Assembly (NCBI GenBank): GCA_963599285.1
Contig: CAVBYE010000011.1
Location: 13,374 to 77,373 of the forward strand
Origin: Bacteroidaceae bacterium
GTDB lineage: Bacteria; Pseudomonadota; Gammaproteobacteria; Pseudomonadales; Moraxellaceae
Reading direction: 5' to 3'
Length of the DNA: 64,000 nt
Part shown: piece by piece, positions 20,425 to 31,101 of the stretch
Layout: each line of letters begins with the position of its first letter
Numbering within the stretch: the first letter of the stretch is position 1
Made by a program: the position numbers and the translations under genes
The notes under the pieces: generated by a model
Seen by the model: only the letters and a program-made list of their open reading frames with translations
Databases searched by the model: none
What the model was told of the DNA's origin: nothing

Positions 20425-21716
20425 GTTCAGAGTCATCTACGGTTTATCATAAACGTCGCCATGCTGCGCGTACCACTGATGAATATTTATTTCATCAATT
20501 GGTGCCGTATTTAGGCAATAAGCGTCGTCTATTACATCTGATTTTAGAAGCTTTAGAGCAGACAGGTACCCTCAAGCCTGCAGATGGCCGTGCCCCAATT
20601 TTTGCTGACTTCTTTGCAGGTTCTGGTGTGGTGTCACGCTTGGCACGTCAAAATGGCTATCGCGTGATTGCCAATGATTGGGAACCGTATAGCCATGCTT
20701 TAAATCACGCCATTTTGTCGTGTACCGAAGCACCAGCATTTAAGGAATTGGGCGGCTATCAAAAAGCGATTGATCATTTGAATCGACTGCCTGAAGTTAA
20801 AGGCTGGGTCACCCATAACCTGTGCCCACGTAATGACGAAATTTACGATCCGAGTCGTGACCGCTTGTTCTTTAAACGGCGTAATGGCATGCGTATTGAT
20901 GCAATACGCCAGCAAATTGCAGCATGGCAAGCGCAAGGGGCAATTGATGATGTAGAAATGAGTGCATTATTGGCTCCACTTTTATATTCAGCCAGTTTTG
21001 TTAGTAACACCTCGGGCGTGTTTAAAAGCTTCCACCATGGTTGGGGCGGCAAAACGCAAACTGCTTTAGAGCGTATTGAGTCGTTGCTGTGGTTAACACC
21101 AAGTCGTTTCTGCCCTGTGGGTGAGCCTAAACAACCGGCGGCGGAAATGTGGTGTGTGGATGCTCAGCATCTTGCCAACCAAATGAGTGGTTTTGAGGTT
21201 GATGTTGCCTATTTAGATCCACCCTACAATCAGCACGCCTATAGCAGCAACTATCATGTCTTAAATGCACTTACGCTGTGGGATCAGGTTGATTTACCCA
21301 CGCCAGACACCAAAGGTTTTAAGAGTGGAATCGACCGTGCATGGCGTAAAGAGCGTCCAAGTCCTTATAATTCTTCAAAACATGCCAAAGCAGCTTACGA
21401 AAAATTATTGGCAACCATCAATGCACGTTATATTCTGACCAGTTATTCAACGGACGGTAATATTGACGCTGCGGACTTATTGCAAGCCAATTTAGCACGT
21501 GGTCGCGTGACCTTGCTGACTCAAGATGTACCGCGCTATCGGGTCAGTAAACAGCGTCAGTCAGAACGGGCACGGGTATTGGAATTTATTGTGATTACCG
21601 ATACACATGCCAAGTCAGGTCCACCCTTACGTCAATTGCTCACACAATTACATCACTATGCAGAGCTCGGTGGGGTAGATACCAGCAGTGTGACCACCCA
21701 ATTGGCTTTGTGGTAA
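20421..21716 (+). CDS. Orphan N6-adenine-specific DNA methyltransferase (D12/Dam-like alpha class)
   Basis: The SAM-binding motif I is FADFFAGSGVV and the catalytic motif IV, about 200 aa later, is DPPY (AYLDPPYNQ). An N-terminal YLGNKRRLL segment is also present. The start overlaps the ribD stop (ATGA). No restriction endonuclease gene is adjacent. By position it may correspond to the A. baumannii orphan methylase AamA (A1S_0222); that link is from memory and unverified. Confidence 0.8.
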   Translation: MSSESSTVYHKRRHAARTTDEYLFHQLVPYLGNKRRLLHLILEALEQTGTLKPADGRAPIFADFFAGSGVVSRLARQNGYRVIANDWEPYSHALNHAILSCTEAPAFKELGGYQKAIDHLNRLPEVKGWVTHNLCPRNDEIYDPSRDRLFFKRRNGMRIDAIRQQIAAWQAQGAIDDVEMSALLAPLLYSASFVSNTSGVFKSFHHGWGGKTQTALERIESLLWLTPSRFCPVGEPKQPAAEMWCVDAQHLANQMSGFEVDVAYLDPPYNQHAYSSNYHVLNALTLWDQVDLPTPDTKGFKSGIDRAWRKERPSPYNSSKHAKAAYEKLLATINARYILTSYSTDGNIDAADLLQANLARGRVTLLTQDVPRYRVSKQRQSERARVLEFIVITDTHAKSGPPLRQLLTQLHHYAELGGVDTSSVTTQLALW

Positions 21717-21746
21717 AAACAAGCACAACATGAGAGATATCAACGT

Positions 21747-22406
21747 ATGTTTACTGGCATTATTGAAAGTTTAGGGAAAGTGGAAAGCCTACAACAGATA
21801 GGTGGGGATGTACGTGTCCGTATTCATACTGATCTGGATATGTCTGATGTCCATTTAGGGGATTCGATTGCCACAAATGGGATTTGCTTAACCGTAACTG
21901 ACTGGGGAAGCAATTGGTACAGCGCTGATGTATCACGTGAGAGTTTAAGCCGAACGACACTTGGTCAGTGGAAGATTGGACAGGCGGTCAACGTAGAAAA
22001 AGCCATGTTACCCACAACACGTTTTGGTGGCCATATTGTTTCAGGTCATGTCGATGCTGTAGGCGAAATTACCCAAGTGCGACAAGACGCGCGTTCATTG
22101 TATTTTGAAGTGACAGCACCTGTTGAAATTGCCAAATATTTAGCAGAAAAAGGTTCAGTGACTGTTGATGGTATTAGCTTAACTATCAATCATTTGCGTG
22201 GAAATATTCTCAGCTTAAACTTAATCCCACACACCGCAGAACGTACCAATATTGGCACATGGAAAACAGGCACCCGCGTGAACTTAGAGGTGGACGTCTT
22301 AGCCCGTTATATTGAACGCTTATTACTCGGAGATCGAGCAGCCCAAGTGCCGACCGAATCCAAAATTAGTATGGATTTTCTTGCAGAAAATGGCTTCTTG
22401 AAGTAA
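21747..22406 (+). CDS. ribE: Riboflavin synthase (alpha chain)
   Basis: The protein begins MFTGIIE..G and has duplicated lumazine-binding repeats (NGICLTV / DGISLTI). Confidence 0.9.
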   Translation: MFTGIIESLGKVESLQQIGGDVRVRIHTDLDMSDVHLGDSIATNGICLTVTDWGSNWYSADVSRESLSRTTLGQWKIGQAVNVEKAMLPTTRFGGHIVSGHVDAVGEITQVRQDARSLYFEVTAPVEIAKYLAEKGSVTVDGISLTINHLRGNILSLNLIPHTAERTNIGTWKTGTRVNLEVDVLARYIERLLLGDRAAQVPTESKISMDFLAENGFLK

Positions 22407-22424
22407 AACTATCAGCCCATAAGA

Positions 22425-22456
22425 ACAGTCTAGTTGAAAAATTAGACTGTTTTTTT
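22425..22456 (+). terminator. Rho-independent terminator
   Basis: The stem ACAGTCTA/TAGACTGT is followed by T6. Confidence 0.8.
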
Positions 22457-22526
22457 ATTGGTTTATTCTATTTTTCAATGAATGTGCAGGTCTTTGCGGG
22501 AGAGAGAACTCAATGGATTTACAACC

Positions 22527-23075
22527 ATGATGGATTTTTTACTGCATTTAGAGCAATGGCTGCCGATGTTGCTCGAGCAATATGGGGTTTGGATTTACGC
22601 CATTTTATTTGCGGTGATTCTAGCGGAAACAGGCTCGGTGTTTATGTTTTTCTTACCGGGTGACAGTCTGCTGATTGCCGTAGGTGCATTGTGTTCGACC
22701 AGTGATGATGTCCATATCCAATATATGGGGCTACTGCTGTTCATTGCAGCGGCACTAGGTTATGTGGTGAATTACTACACCGGTCAGGTATTGGGAGTGA
22801 AATATTTCCACAAACATTCACGCTTTTTTAAACCTGAATACATGCAAAAAACCAACCACTACTTTATGAAACATGGGGCATTTACGATTTTGATTGCCCG
22901 CTTTGTGCCGTTTGTCCGTTCCTTTGCACCCTTTGCAGCAGGTTCAGCGCGCATGAATTTTGGCAGCTTTATGCTCTACAACGTATTAGGCAGTGCTGTG
23001 TGGATTGGTGTGTTATTGTCAATTGGCTACGGTTTAGGCAATATTGTGGGTGTGTTTAAAGATTGGCTGTTATAA
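22527..23075 (+). CDS. DedA family (SNARE-associated) membrane protein
   Basis: The sequence contains ETGSVFMFFLPGDSLL and RFVPFVRSFAPFAAG, both typical DedA motifs. The start was set at ATG 22527. Confidence 0.8.
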   Translation: MMDFLLHLEQWLPMLLEQYGVWIYAILFAVILAETGSVFMFFLPGDSLLIAVGALCSTSDDVHIQYMGLLLFIAAALGYVVNYYTGQVLGVKYFHKHSRFFKPEYMQKTNHYFMKHGAFTILIARFVPFVRSFAPFAAGSARMNFGSFMLYNVLGSAVWIGVLLSIGYGLGNIVGVFKDWLL

Positions 23076-23116
23076 GGGCAAAAGCCCACAGCTATGCGGG
23101 CTTGCGTAGACCTACA

Positions 23117-23335
23117 TCAATGTTTAATGACTTTTAATGCAGTCGCACCAAGCCATGCTGATGATGTGCCTTGCGGCGCAACTGAAAACGTACCTTGTGC
23201 AGCTTCACGGCACAAATACACTGAAACGGCTTGAAAATCGCTGCGGCTGAGCCAAAGCTCTTGTGCTGTAATGACCCATTGTTCGCCTGAAGCTAAGCCT
23301 GCAATTTTTGTTGCAACATGATTTAACACATTCAT
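23117..23335 (-). CDS. Hypothetical 72-aa protein
   Basis: The ORF has a good SD (GAGGGG) about 7 nt upstream of the ATG. No family was recognised. Confidence 0.45.
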   Translation of the reverse strand: MNVLNHVATKIAGLASGEQWVITAQELWLSRSDFQAVSVYLCREAAQGTFSVAPQGTSSAWLGATALKVIKH

Positions 23336-23472
23336 GATTGTCCCCTCGAACGCTATTATTGTGACATGCTGTCTGTAGATTTATTGAATCTTCACACATT
23401 TAGGCATGATGTGACAAAATCATGTCAATTTCATGACAATGCTGTCATAGCGCAGCTGAACATTGAGAGGGT

Positions 23473-24096
23473 CTAAACCCGCTCAGCAACAGGATGTGTT
23501 TTGAGCAACAACTCAATTTCTTCTTGTGCAGCAATTTTGAGCTGCTGACGTAAGCTGTTGACTTGGCTTTCAATCACCGCATCGGCTTCAAGTTCTAAGC
23601 GTAAACGCAAGGTTTCGAGTTCACTGAGTAAGGTGTGATCGGCAAGCTTGAGCGCTTTGTTAAAATGAATGTACTGTTGATCTGGATTTTTATGATAGCG
23701 CGCCACGTAAGTCTGTAAGGCGTGCTGCTGTTGCTGACGCAATAGGCGCAGCAATTGTTGTTGTTGGGCTTGCTGCTGTTGTTCTGCCTGTTCTAAGGCT
23801 TGAATTTTTTCCGCTTCTAAGCGACGTTTTTCGGCAAGGCGTGCTTCTAAATACTGTTGGCGGCGCTGTTTCTCTGCAGCAATTAATGCCGCTTTATGTT
23901 CAGCATAGGCCTGCTTTAAGCGCTCGGCAGTTTCTTGAGTGGCAATCTGTTCGTGTTCTAACCACAGCTTGCTCTGGGTTTCGGGTTGAAGCAGTTCGCA
24001 GATCCGGGCTAAATCATCAAGATACAGTTGGCGTACCGCTGTAGGCGTTGCCAACCAACGTTGTTTAAAATCTTGACCAACATTTAATGCCACCAT
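23473..24096 (-). CDS. Hypothetical Gln/Glu/Arg-rich coiled-coil protein, translationally coupled to holC
   Basis: AAGGAG lies 5-6 nt upstream of ATG 24096, and that ATG lies 13 nt after the holC stop. The central segment EKQRRQQYLEARLAEKRRLEAEKIQALEQAEQQQQAQQQQLL is a predicted coiled coil. No family was recognised. Confidence 0.6.
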   Translation of the reverse strand: MVALNVGQDFKQRWLATPTAVRQLYLDDLARICELLQPETQSKLWLEHEQIATQETAERLKQAYAEHKAALIAAEKQRRQQYLEARLAEKRRLEAEKIQALEQAEQQQQAQQQQLLRLLRQQQQHALQTYVARYHKNPDQQYIHFNKALKLADHTLLSELETLRLRLELEADAVIESQVNSLRQQLKIAAQEEIELLLKTHPVAERV

Positions 24097-24109
24097 CAAT
24101 CTCCTTGCC

Positions 24110-25964
<1,855 letters not shown>

Positions 25965-26059
25965 TCAGGCCTTTTTAAAATTTTATCAGTCATTAAACCA
26001 CTGAAAGCGCCTCAAGGGTAGAGTTTCAATCAGCAGGTTTTATATTTTCAACATTCGGG

Positions 26060-26077
26060 TAAACTAGCGCTAGTTTA
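26060..26077. repeat. Perfect 18-bp palindrome TAAACTAGCGCTAGTTTA, 27 nt upstream of lptF
   Basis: Read directly from the sequence. It lies in the pepA/lptF divergent intergenic region. Confidence 0.9.
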
Positions 26078-26103
26078 TTTAGACACATTTTGGAAGAATT
26101 AAT

Positions 26104-27195
26104 TTGATTATTCGGCGTTATCTGGTCAAGCAAGTCGTGTCGACCTCCTTGGTGGTGATTGCTTTACTGACCTTAATTATGATGGGCGGTCGACTGATCA
26201 AGTACTTTGGTGTGGCAGCGCAAGGGCGTTTGGATGCGAGCATTTTATTTAGCATCATTGGCTACCGTTTGCCGGAGTTCTTGACTTTAATTCTTCCATT
26301 GGGGTTCTTTATTGGCTTAATGTTGGTGTTTGGACGCCTGTATGTCGACCATGAAATGGCAGTCCTCAATGGCAGTGGGGTCAGTCGTAATCAGCTAGCA
26401 CGGTTATTGGTGCCCATGACAGTGGTGTTTCTCGCGGTACAAGCTGTACTGATGCTGTGGATGGCGCCGTGGGGCATTCGGCAGTTTGAACAGCTCACCA
26501 CCAATCAAGCGGTGCGTACGGGTTTTGATTTAGTCAGACCTAAAGAGTTTATTTCCTCAGGGCAATACACGATTTATGCCGGTGATTTATCTGATGACCG
26601 CAAAAACCTCAAAGATATTTTCTTTTATCAGCGCGCAGCTAAAGAGGGCAAACCTGATGTCATGATTTTGGCCAAAGAAGCCACTCGTGTGGAAATGGTC
26701 AATGACAATGCCAATGTGGTTGATTTGACCGAAGGGCGTCGTTATGAGATTTATCCAGGCACAGCCAAATATAGCCAAGCTGAGTTTGCCAATTACCGTC
26801 TACGCCTAGAAAATGACAAAGAAGCCAAATTTGAAAGTGCTGAAGTTGAAGCCCTGAAAACTTCAGAATTATGGAAAAACCGTCAAGATCCCGTGATCGC
26901 CAGTGAATTGGGTTGGCGTGTATTTGTGCCTTTTGCCATTGTGATTGCATTGATCTTGGCCACCGCCTTGTCTGAGGTGAGCCCGCGTCAAGGTCGCTAT
27001 TTAAAACTGTTTCCCGCGCTATTAATTTTTGCCAGTTTAATTGTGGCTTTAATGGCGGTCAAAACTCGGGTCAGCAAAGAAGAAATGGGGATGTGGGCCT
27101 ATCCCTTAGTGTTGTTGGTGTATGCCATTGCCGCAGCATTGTTCTCGCGTAAGCAAAGTCTCGCGCCTAAAATTCGTAAAAAATTAGCCAAGTGA
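26104..27195 (+). CDS. lptF: LPS export ABC transporter permease LptF
   Basis: The N-terminus MIIRRYLVKQV matches LptF/LptG starts. The 6-TM YjgP/YjgQ architecture is present, and the gene is divergent from pepA (classic synteny). It has a TTG start. Confidence 0.9.
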   Translation: MIIRRYLVKQVVSTSLVVIALLTLIMMGGRLIKYFGVAAQGRLDASILFSIIGYRLPEFLTLILPLGFFIGLMLVFGRLYVDHEMAVLNGSGVSRNQLARLLVPMTVVFLAVQAVLMLWMAPWGIRQFEQLTTNQAVRTGFDLVRPKEFISSGQYTIYAGDLSDDRKNLKDIFFYQRAAKEGKPDVMILAKEATRVEMVNDNANVVDLTEGRRYEIYPGTAKYSQAEFANYRLRLENDKEAKFESAEVEALKTSELWKNRQDPVIASELGWRVFVPFAIVIALILATALSEVSPRQGRYLKLFPALLIFASLIVALMAVKTRVSKEEMGMWAYPLVLLVYAIAAALFSRKQSLAPKIRKKLAK

Positions 27196-27205
27196 GGTCA
27201 TAAAA

Positions 27206-28276
27206 ATGCTTGCACGTCGAATTGTTGCCAAACATGTGACCAAAACGACTGCGCTTGCCATGCTCGGTGCAACGGCAGTGCTCTCGGGGCTACAGGTCTT
27301 ATTTACCTATTTAGGTGAGTTGGGTGATCTGAAAGAAGGTTATGGGGCTTGGCAGGCACTGCTTTATGTGCTGTGGAGTGCACCCAAATACCTGTATGAA
27401 ATTTTACCTATCTCGGCATTAATTGGGGCTGTACTGGGTCTAGGGGCATTGGCATCCAACAGTGAATTGATCGTCATGCGTTCGGTGGGTGTGAGCCTAT
27501 GGCGTATTGTCGGTTGGGTAATTCGTTCGGCTTTAATTTTAGTTCTGCTGTCATTTGCTTTAAGCGAGTGGGTGATTCCTTATACCAACGAGCAGGCCAA
27601 GAGTGTTAAAAGCCATCGCAGTAGCGCCCAACTTGGCGAAGTCAAAGGCTATTGGACACGTGAAGGTCAACGCTTTATTTATGTTGACTATGCCAATTCC
27701 AAAGGTGAATTACGCCATGTCCAAGTCACTGATTTTGACAACAGCTATCGACTACGTGGCACACTTGCGGCAGAGTCAGGTCAATTTGTTCAAGATGGAC
27801 AATGGCAGTTACAAAACACCGAGCAAGTGGATGTACTTGAACAAGGCAATGCCGTTTTAAAGCGTGAAAACAGCACCGACTTAGCGTTGGCCCTGCAACC
27901 CAAATATGTGCACATGGTGACCATTGACCCTGAAGATTTATCGCCAAGTCAGTTGGTGAGCTTTATGGGCTATATGAATGAATATAGCCAAGTGCCTAAA
28001 ACCTATCAGTTGGCATTTTGGCAGAAAGTCGGTGCGCCGTTTGCCCTGATTGCGTTAGTGGTGATTGCTTGTTCGTTTATTTTTGGTCCACTGCGCCAAC
28101 AGTCAATGGGCTTTCGCTTGGTGATTGCCTTATTTGTGGGTTTAACCTTCTTCTATTTACAAGACTTCTTGGGCTATGCAAGTTTAGTGTATTCACCTTC
28201 ACCGGCATGGTTCGTCTTTGTTCCAATCATCTTAATGTTTGTGGTGGGGGGCGCTTTACTGCATCGCGCACGTTAA
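27206..28276 (+). CDS. lptG: LPS export ABC transporter permease LptG
   Basis: The protein belongs to the YjgP/YjgQ family and lies immediately downstream of lptF. Confidence 0.9.
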   Translation: MLARRIVAKHVTKTTALAMLGATAVLSGLQVLFTYLGELGDLKEGYGAWQALLYVLWSAPKYLYEILPISALIGAVLGLGALASNSELIVMRSVGVSLWRIVGWVIRSALILVLLSFALSEWVIPYTNEQAKSVKSHRSSAQLGEVKGYWTREGQRFIYVDYANSKGELRHVQVTDFDNSYRLRGTLAAESGQFVQDGQWQLQNTEQVDVLEQGNAVLKRENSTDLALALQPKYVHMVTIDPEDLSPSQLVSFMGYMNEYSQVPKTYQLAFWQKVGAPFALIALVVIACSFIFGPLRQQSMGFRLVIALFVGLTFFYLQDFLGYASLVYSPSPAWFVFVPIILMFVVGGALLHRAR

Positions 28277-28388
28277 TGATGAACAACACCTATTTGGTCA
28301 CATAGCTTGGTTATGTGCCGAACATAGAGTCTTAGCCAAAAATTGGGTAAGATATAGCGATTAATTTGTAGACATAAGAGTATTGGTT

Positions 28389-29933
28389 ATGACGGATGCA
28401 ACTGCTGGCAAAATCCCGCACGTATTGGTAATTATGGATGGTGTGGGTCATCGCGAAGCAATTGAAGATAATGCCTATTTAGCGGCACAACGCCCGAATT
28501 TGACTGCAATGCAGCAAAATCATCCGCATGGCTTAATCTCAGGTTCAGGTGAAGATGTAGGTTTACCTGACGGTCAAATGGGTAACTCAGAAGTCGGCCA
28601 CATGAACTTGGGCGCAGGTCGTGTCTTGTACCAAGACTTTACCCGTATTACCAAAGACATTCGCACAGGTGATTTCTTTAACCATGAGGTTTTAGTCGAC
28701 GCGGTTGAAAAAGCCAAAGCGGCAAATGGCGTGGTGCACTTAATGGGCTTGCTGTCTGAAGGTGGTGTACATTCACACGAAGATCATATTGTGGCAATGG
28801 CTGAATTGGCACTTAAACGTGGTGCGAAGGTTTACTTACATGCGTTCTTAGATGGTCGTGATACTCCACCACGTAGCGCACAGCCTTCACTTGAAAAATT
28901 AGATGCTTTATTTGCACAGTACCCAGGTCAAGGTCGTATTGCCACCATGATTGGTCGTTACTTTGCGATGGATCGTGACAATCGTTGGGATCGTGTGGAA
29001 CAAGCGTATCGTTTGCTCACGGAAGGTGAAGCAACGCGTACCGCTGCGACGGCGGTTGAAGGTTTAGAACTTGCGTATGCAGCTGATGAATCAGACGAGT
29101 TTGTAAAAGCCACGTTAATTGGTGAAGCCGTGAAAATTCAAGACAACGACAGTGTTGTATTTATGAATTTCCGTGCGGACCGTGCCCGTGAATTAACCCG
29201 TGCTTTCGTTGAAGCTGACTTTGCTGGTTTTGAGCGTCAAGTGGTGCCTGCTTTAGCCAAGTTTGTGATGTTAACGCGTTACCAAGCCAGCATTCAGGCA
29301 CCTGTTGCTTATATGCCAGAAGACTTAGTGAACTCAATTGGCGAATACTTATCGAACTTGGGTAAAACCCAATTGCGTATTGCAGAAACTGAAAAGTATG
29401 CACACGTGACCTTCTTCTTCAGTGGTGGTCGTGAAGACGAATACCCAGGCGAAAAACGTATTTTGATTCCATCACCAAACGTTGCGACCTACGATCTGAA
29501 ACCGGAAATGAGTGCCATTGAAGTCACGGACGAATTGGTTGCCGCTATCAACTCAGGTGAGTTTGACTTGCTTGTTGTGAACTATGCCAATGGCGATATG
29601 GTCGGTCATACGGGTGTATTTGATGCTGCAGTCAAAGCTGTTGAGGCTGTTGATACCTGCTTAGGTCGTGTTTATGACGCAGTTATGGCCAACAAAGGTC
29701 ATATGTTAATTACCGCAGATCATGGTAACGTAGAGCAAATGCAAGACTATGACAGTGGTCAAGTTCATACTCAACATACCACTGAATTGGTTCCATTTAT
29801 TTATGTTGGCCCAACACAAGCTGAGATTGCTGAAGGTGGTGTATTGGCAGATGTGGCTCCAACGCTCTTGAGCTTGATGCAACTGCCAATTCCAGCTGAA
29901 ATGCAAGGTCGTAATTTAATCACATTAAAATAA
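28389..29933 (+). CDS. gpmI: 2,3-bisphosphoglycerate-independent phosphoglycerate mutase
   Basis: The motifs [20 protein letters not shown] and ADHGN are present. Confidence 0.95.
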   Translation: MTDATAGKIPHVLVIMDGVGHREAIEDNAYLAAQRPNLTAMQQNHPHGLISGSGEDVGLPDGQMGNSEVGHMNLGAGRVLYQDFTRITKDIRTGDFFNHEVLVDAVEKAKAANGVVHLMGLLSEGGVHSHEDHIVAMAELALKRGAKVYLHAFLDGRDTPPRSAQPSLEKLDALFAQYPGQGRIATMIGRYFAMDRDNRWDRVEQAYRLLTEGEATRTAATAVEGLELAYAADESDEFVKATLIGEAVKIQDNDSVVFMNFRADRARELTRAFVEADFAGFERQVVPALAKFVMLTRYQASIQAPVAYMPEDLVNSIGEYLSNLGKTQLRIAETEKYAHVTFFFSGGREDEYPGEKRILIPSPNVATYDLKPEMSAIEVTDELVAAINSGEFDLLVVNYANGDMVGHTGVFDAAVKAVEAVDTCLGRVYDAVMANKGHMLITADHGNVEQMQDYDSGQVHTQHTTELVPFIYVGPTQAEIAEGGVLADVAPTLLSLMQLPIPAEMQGRNLITLK

Positions 29934-29946
29934 TTCGAGGTTAAGC

Positions 29947-31098
29947 ATGGCGAACTGGAAATATGGCGTTGCACTGGCAACATTATGTGTATGTTCGCTT
30001 CATGCCGCACCGAGTTGGGCGGCCAAGGTCGTCCAATCCAATGCCACAGAGATCGATGTCCCTGTGGCATCTATTCAAGAATTTGTACAAATTTTTAGTT
30101 TAGTGAAAGACAATTATGTCAGTCCTCAACCCGATCAACATCTGTTTGAATTGGCCATTAAAGGCATGGTTTCAGGGCTTGACCGTTATTCACGCTATCT
30201 ATCGGCCAATGAATATCAACAATTGGTCAAATACACCGAAGGCGACATTGCCTCAGTAGATTTTGAACTTGAATATAATGCACAAAAAAATCAATGGTTG
30301 ATTGCAGGGTTAAGGCCCGATGCAGATTCGGCCAAACAAGGTCTTAAAAATGGCCTCAGCGTGTTTAAAATTGATGGCCAAGATCTCAAAACATTAAACC
30401 ATGATCAAGTCAACAGCTTACTTACCGGCGCAATTGCGACCAGTTTGACTTTACAACTCGCGCCCACCACCAAAGAATTAACCATTGTGCGCAATAAAAA
30501 GATCGATACTGATTTACAAGCACAAATGCTCTCGAGCCAAATTTTATGTCTAAAAGTCAGAGTCTTCCAACAACATACTGCTGCTGAAATCAAAAATACG
30601 ATTGATCAATATCGCAGTAAAGAAACCGTCAAGGGCGTTATTTTAGATTTACGTAATAATCCGGGTGGTTTGCTCTCTGCGGCCGTGGAAACTGCTGATT
30701 TATTTTTAAATCAGGGCCTGATTGTAACCACCAAAAGTCGCGCGGAAGGCGAACAGCAATTTCAAGCCTTACCGGGCAACGAGTTAAATGATCTAAAACT
30801 GGGAATTTTAATTAATAACCGTTCTGCCTCAGCTGCTGAGGTATTTACCGCAGCCATGAAAACGCATAAACGTGCTTGGGTGGTGGGTGAAAAAAGTTAT
30901 GGTAAGGGCGTGGTGCAGAAACTCTTCCCACTCCCCAATGGTGCAGCCTTACAAATGACGGTGGCCAATTACTATACCCCAACAGGACAGATGATTGAGG
31001 GTGTTGGGATTCAACCGCATCAACCGTATAGCATGCAGGTCGGCATGAGTGAGCAAGCTTATCTGGATCGGATTGCAGATATGCTTGCTGCACGTTAA
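29947..31098 (+). CDS. S41 family C-terminal processing peptidase
   Basis: The protein has a signal peptide, a PDZ-like region, DLRNNPGGLL, and the SASAAEVF catalytic serine region. Confidence 0.85.
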   Translation: MANWKYGVALATLCVCSLHAAPSWAAKVVQSNATEIDVPVASIQEFVQIFSLVKDNYVSPQPDQHLFELAIKGMVSGLDRYSRYLSANEYQQLVKYTEGDIASVDFELEYNAQKNQWLIAGLRPDADSAKQGLKNGLSVFKIDGQDLKTLNHDQVNSLLTGAIATSLTLQLAPTTKELTIVRNKKIDTDLQAQMLSSQILCLKVRVFQQHTAAEIKNTIDQYRSKETVKGVILDLRNNPGGLLSAAVETADLFLNQGLIVTTKSRAEGEQQFQALPGNELNDLKLGILINNRSASAAEVFTAAMKTHKRAWVVGEKSYGKGVVQKLFPLPNGAALQMTVANYYTPTGQMIEGVGIQPHQPYSMQVGMSEQAYLDRIADMLAAR

Positions 31099-31101
31099 AG
31101 C

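Noticed and set aside
18723-21746. FMN riboswitch associated with the rib genes
   Set aside because: ribD follows nrdR after 11 nt and ribE follows the methylase after 30 nt, so there is no room for an RFN element. In this lineage it is expected upstream of ribB elsewhere.
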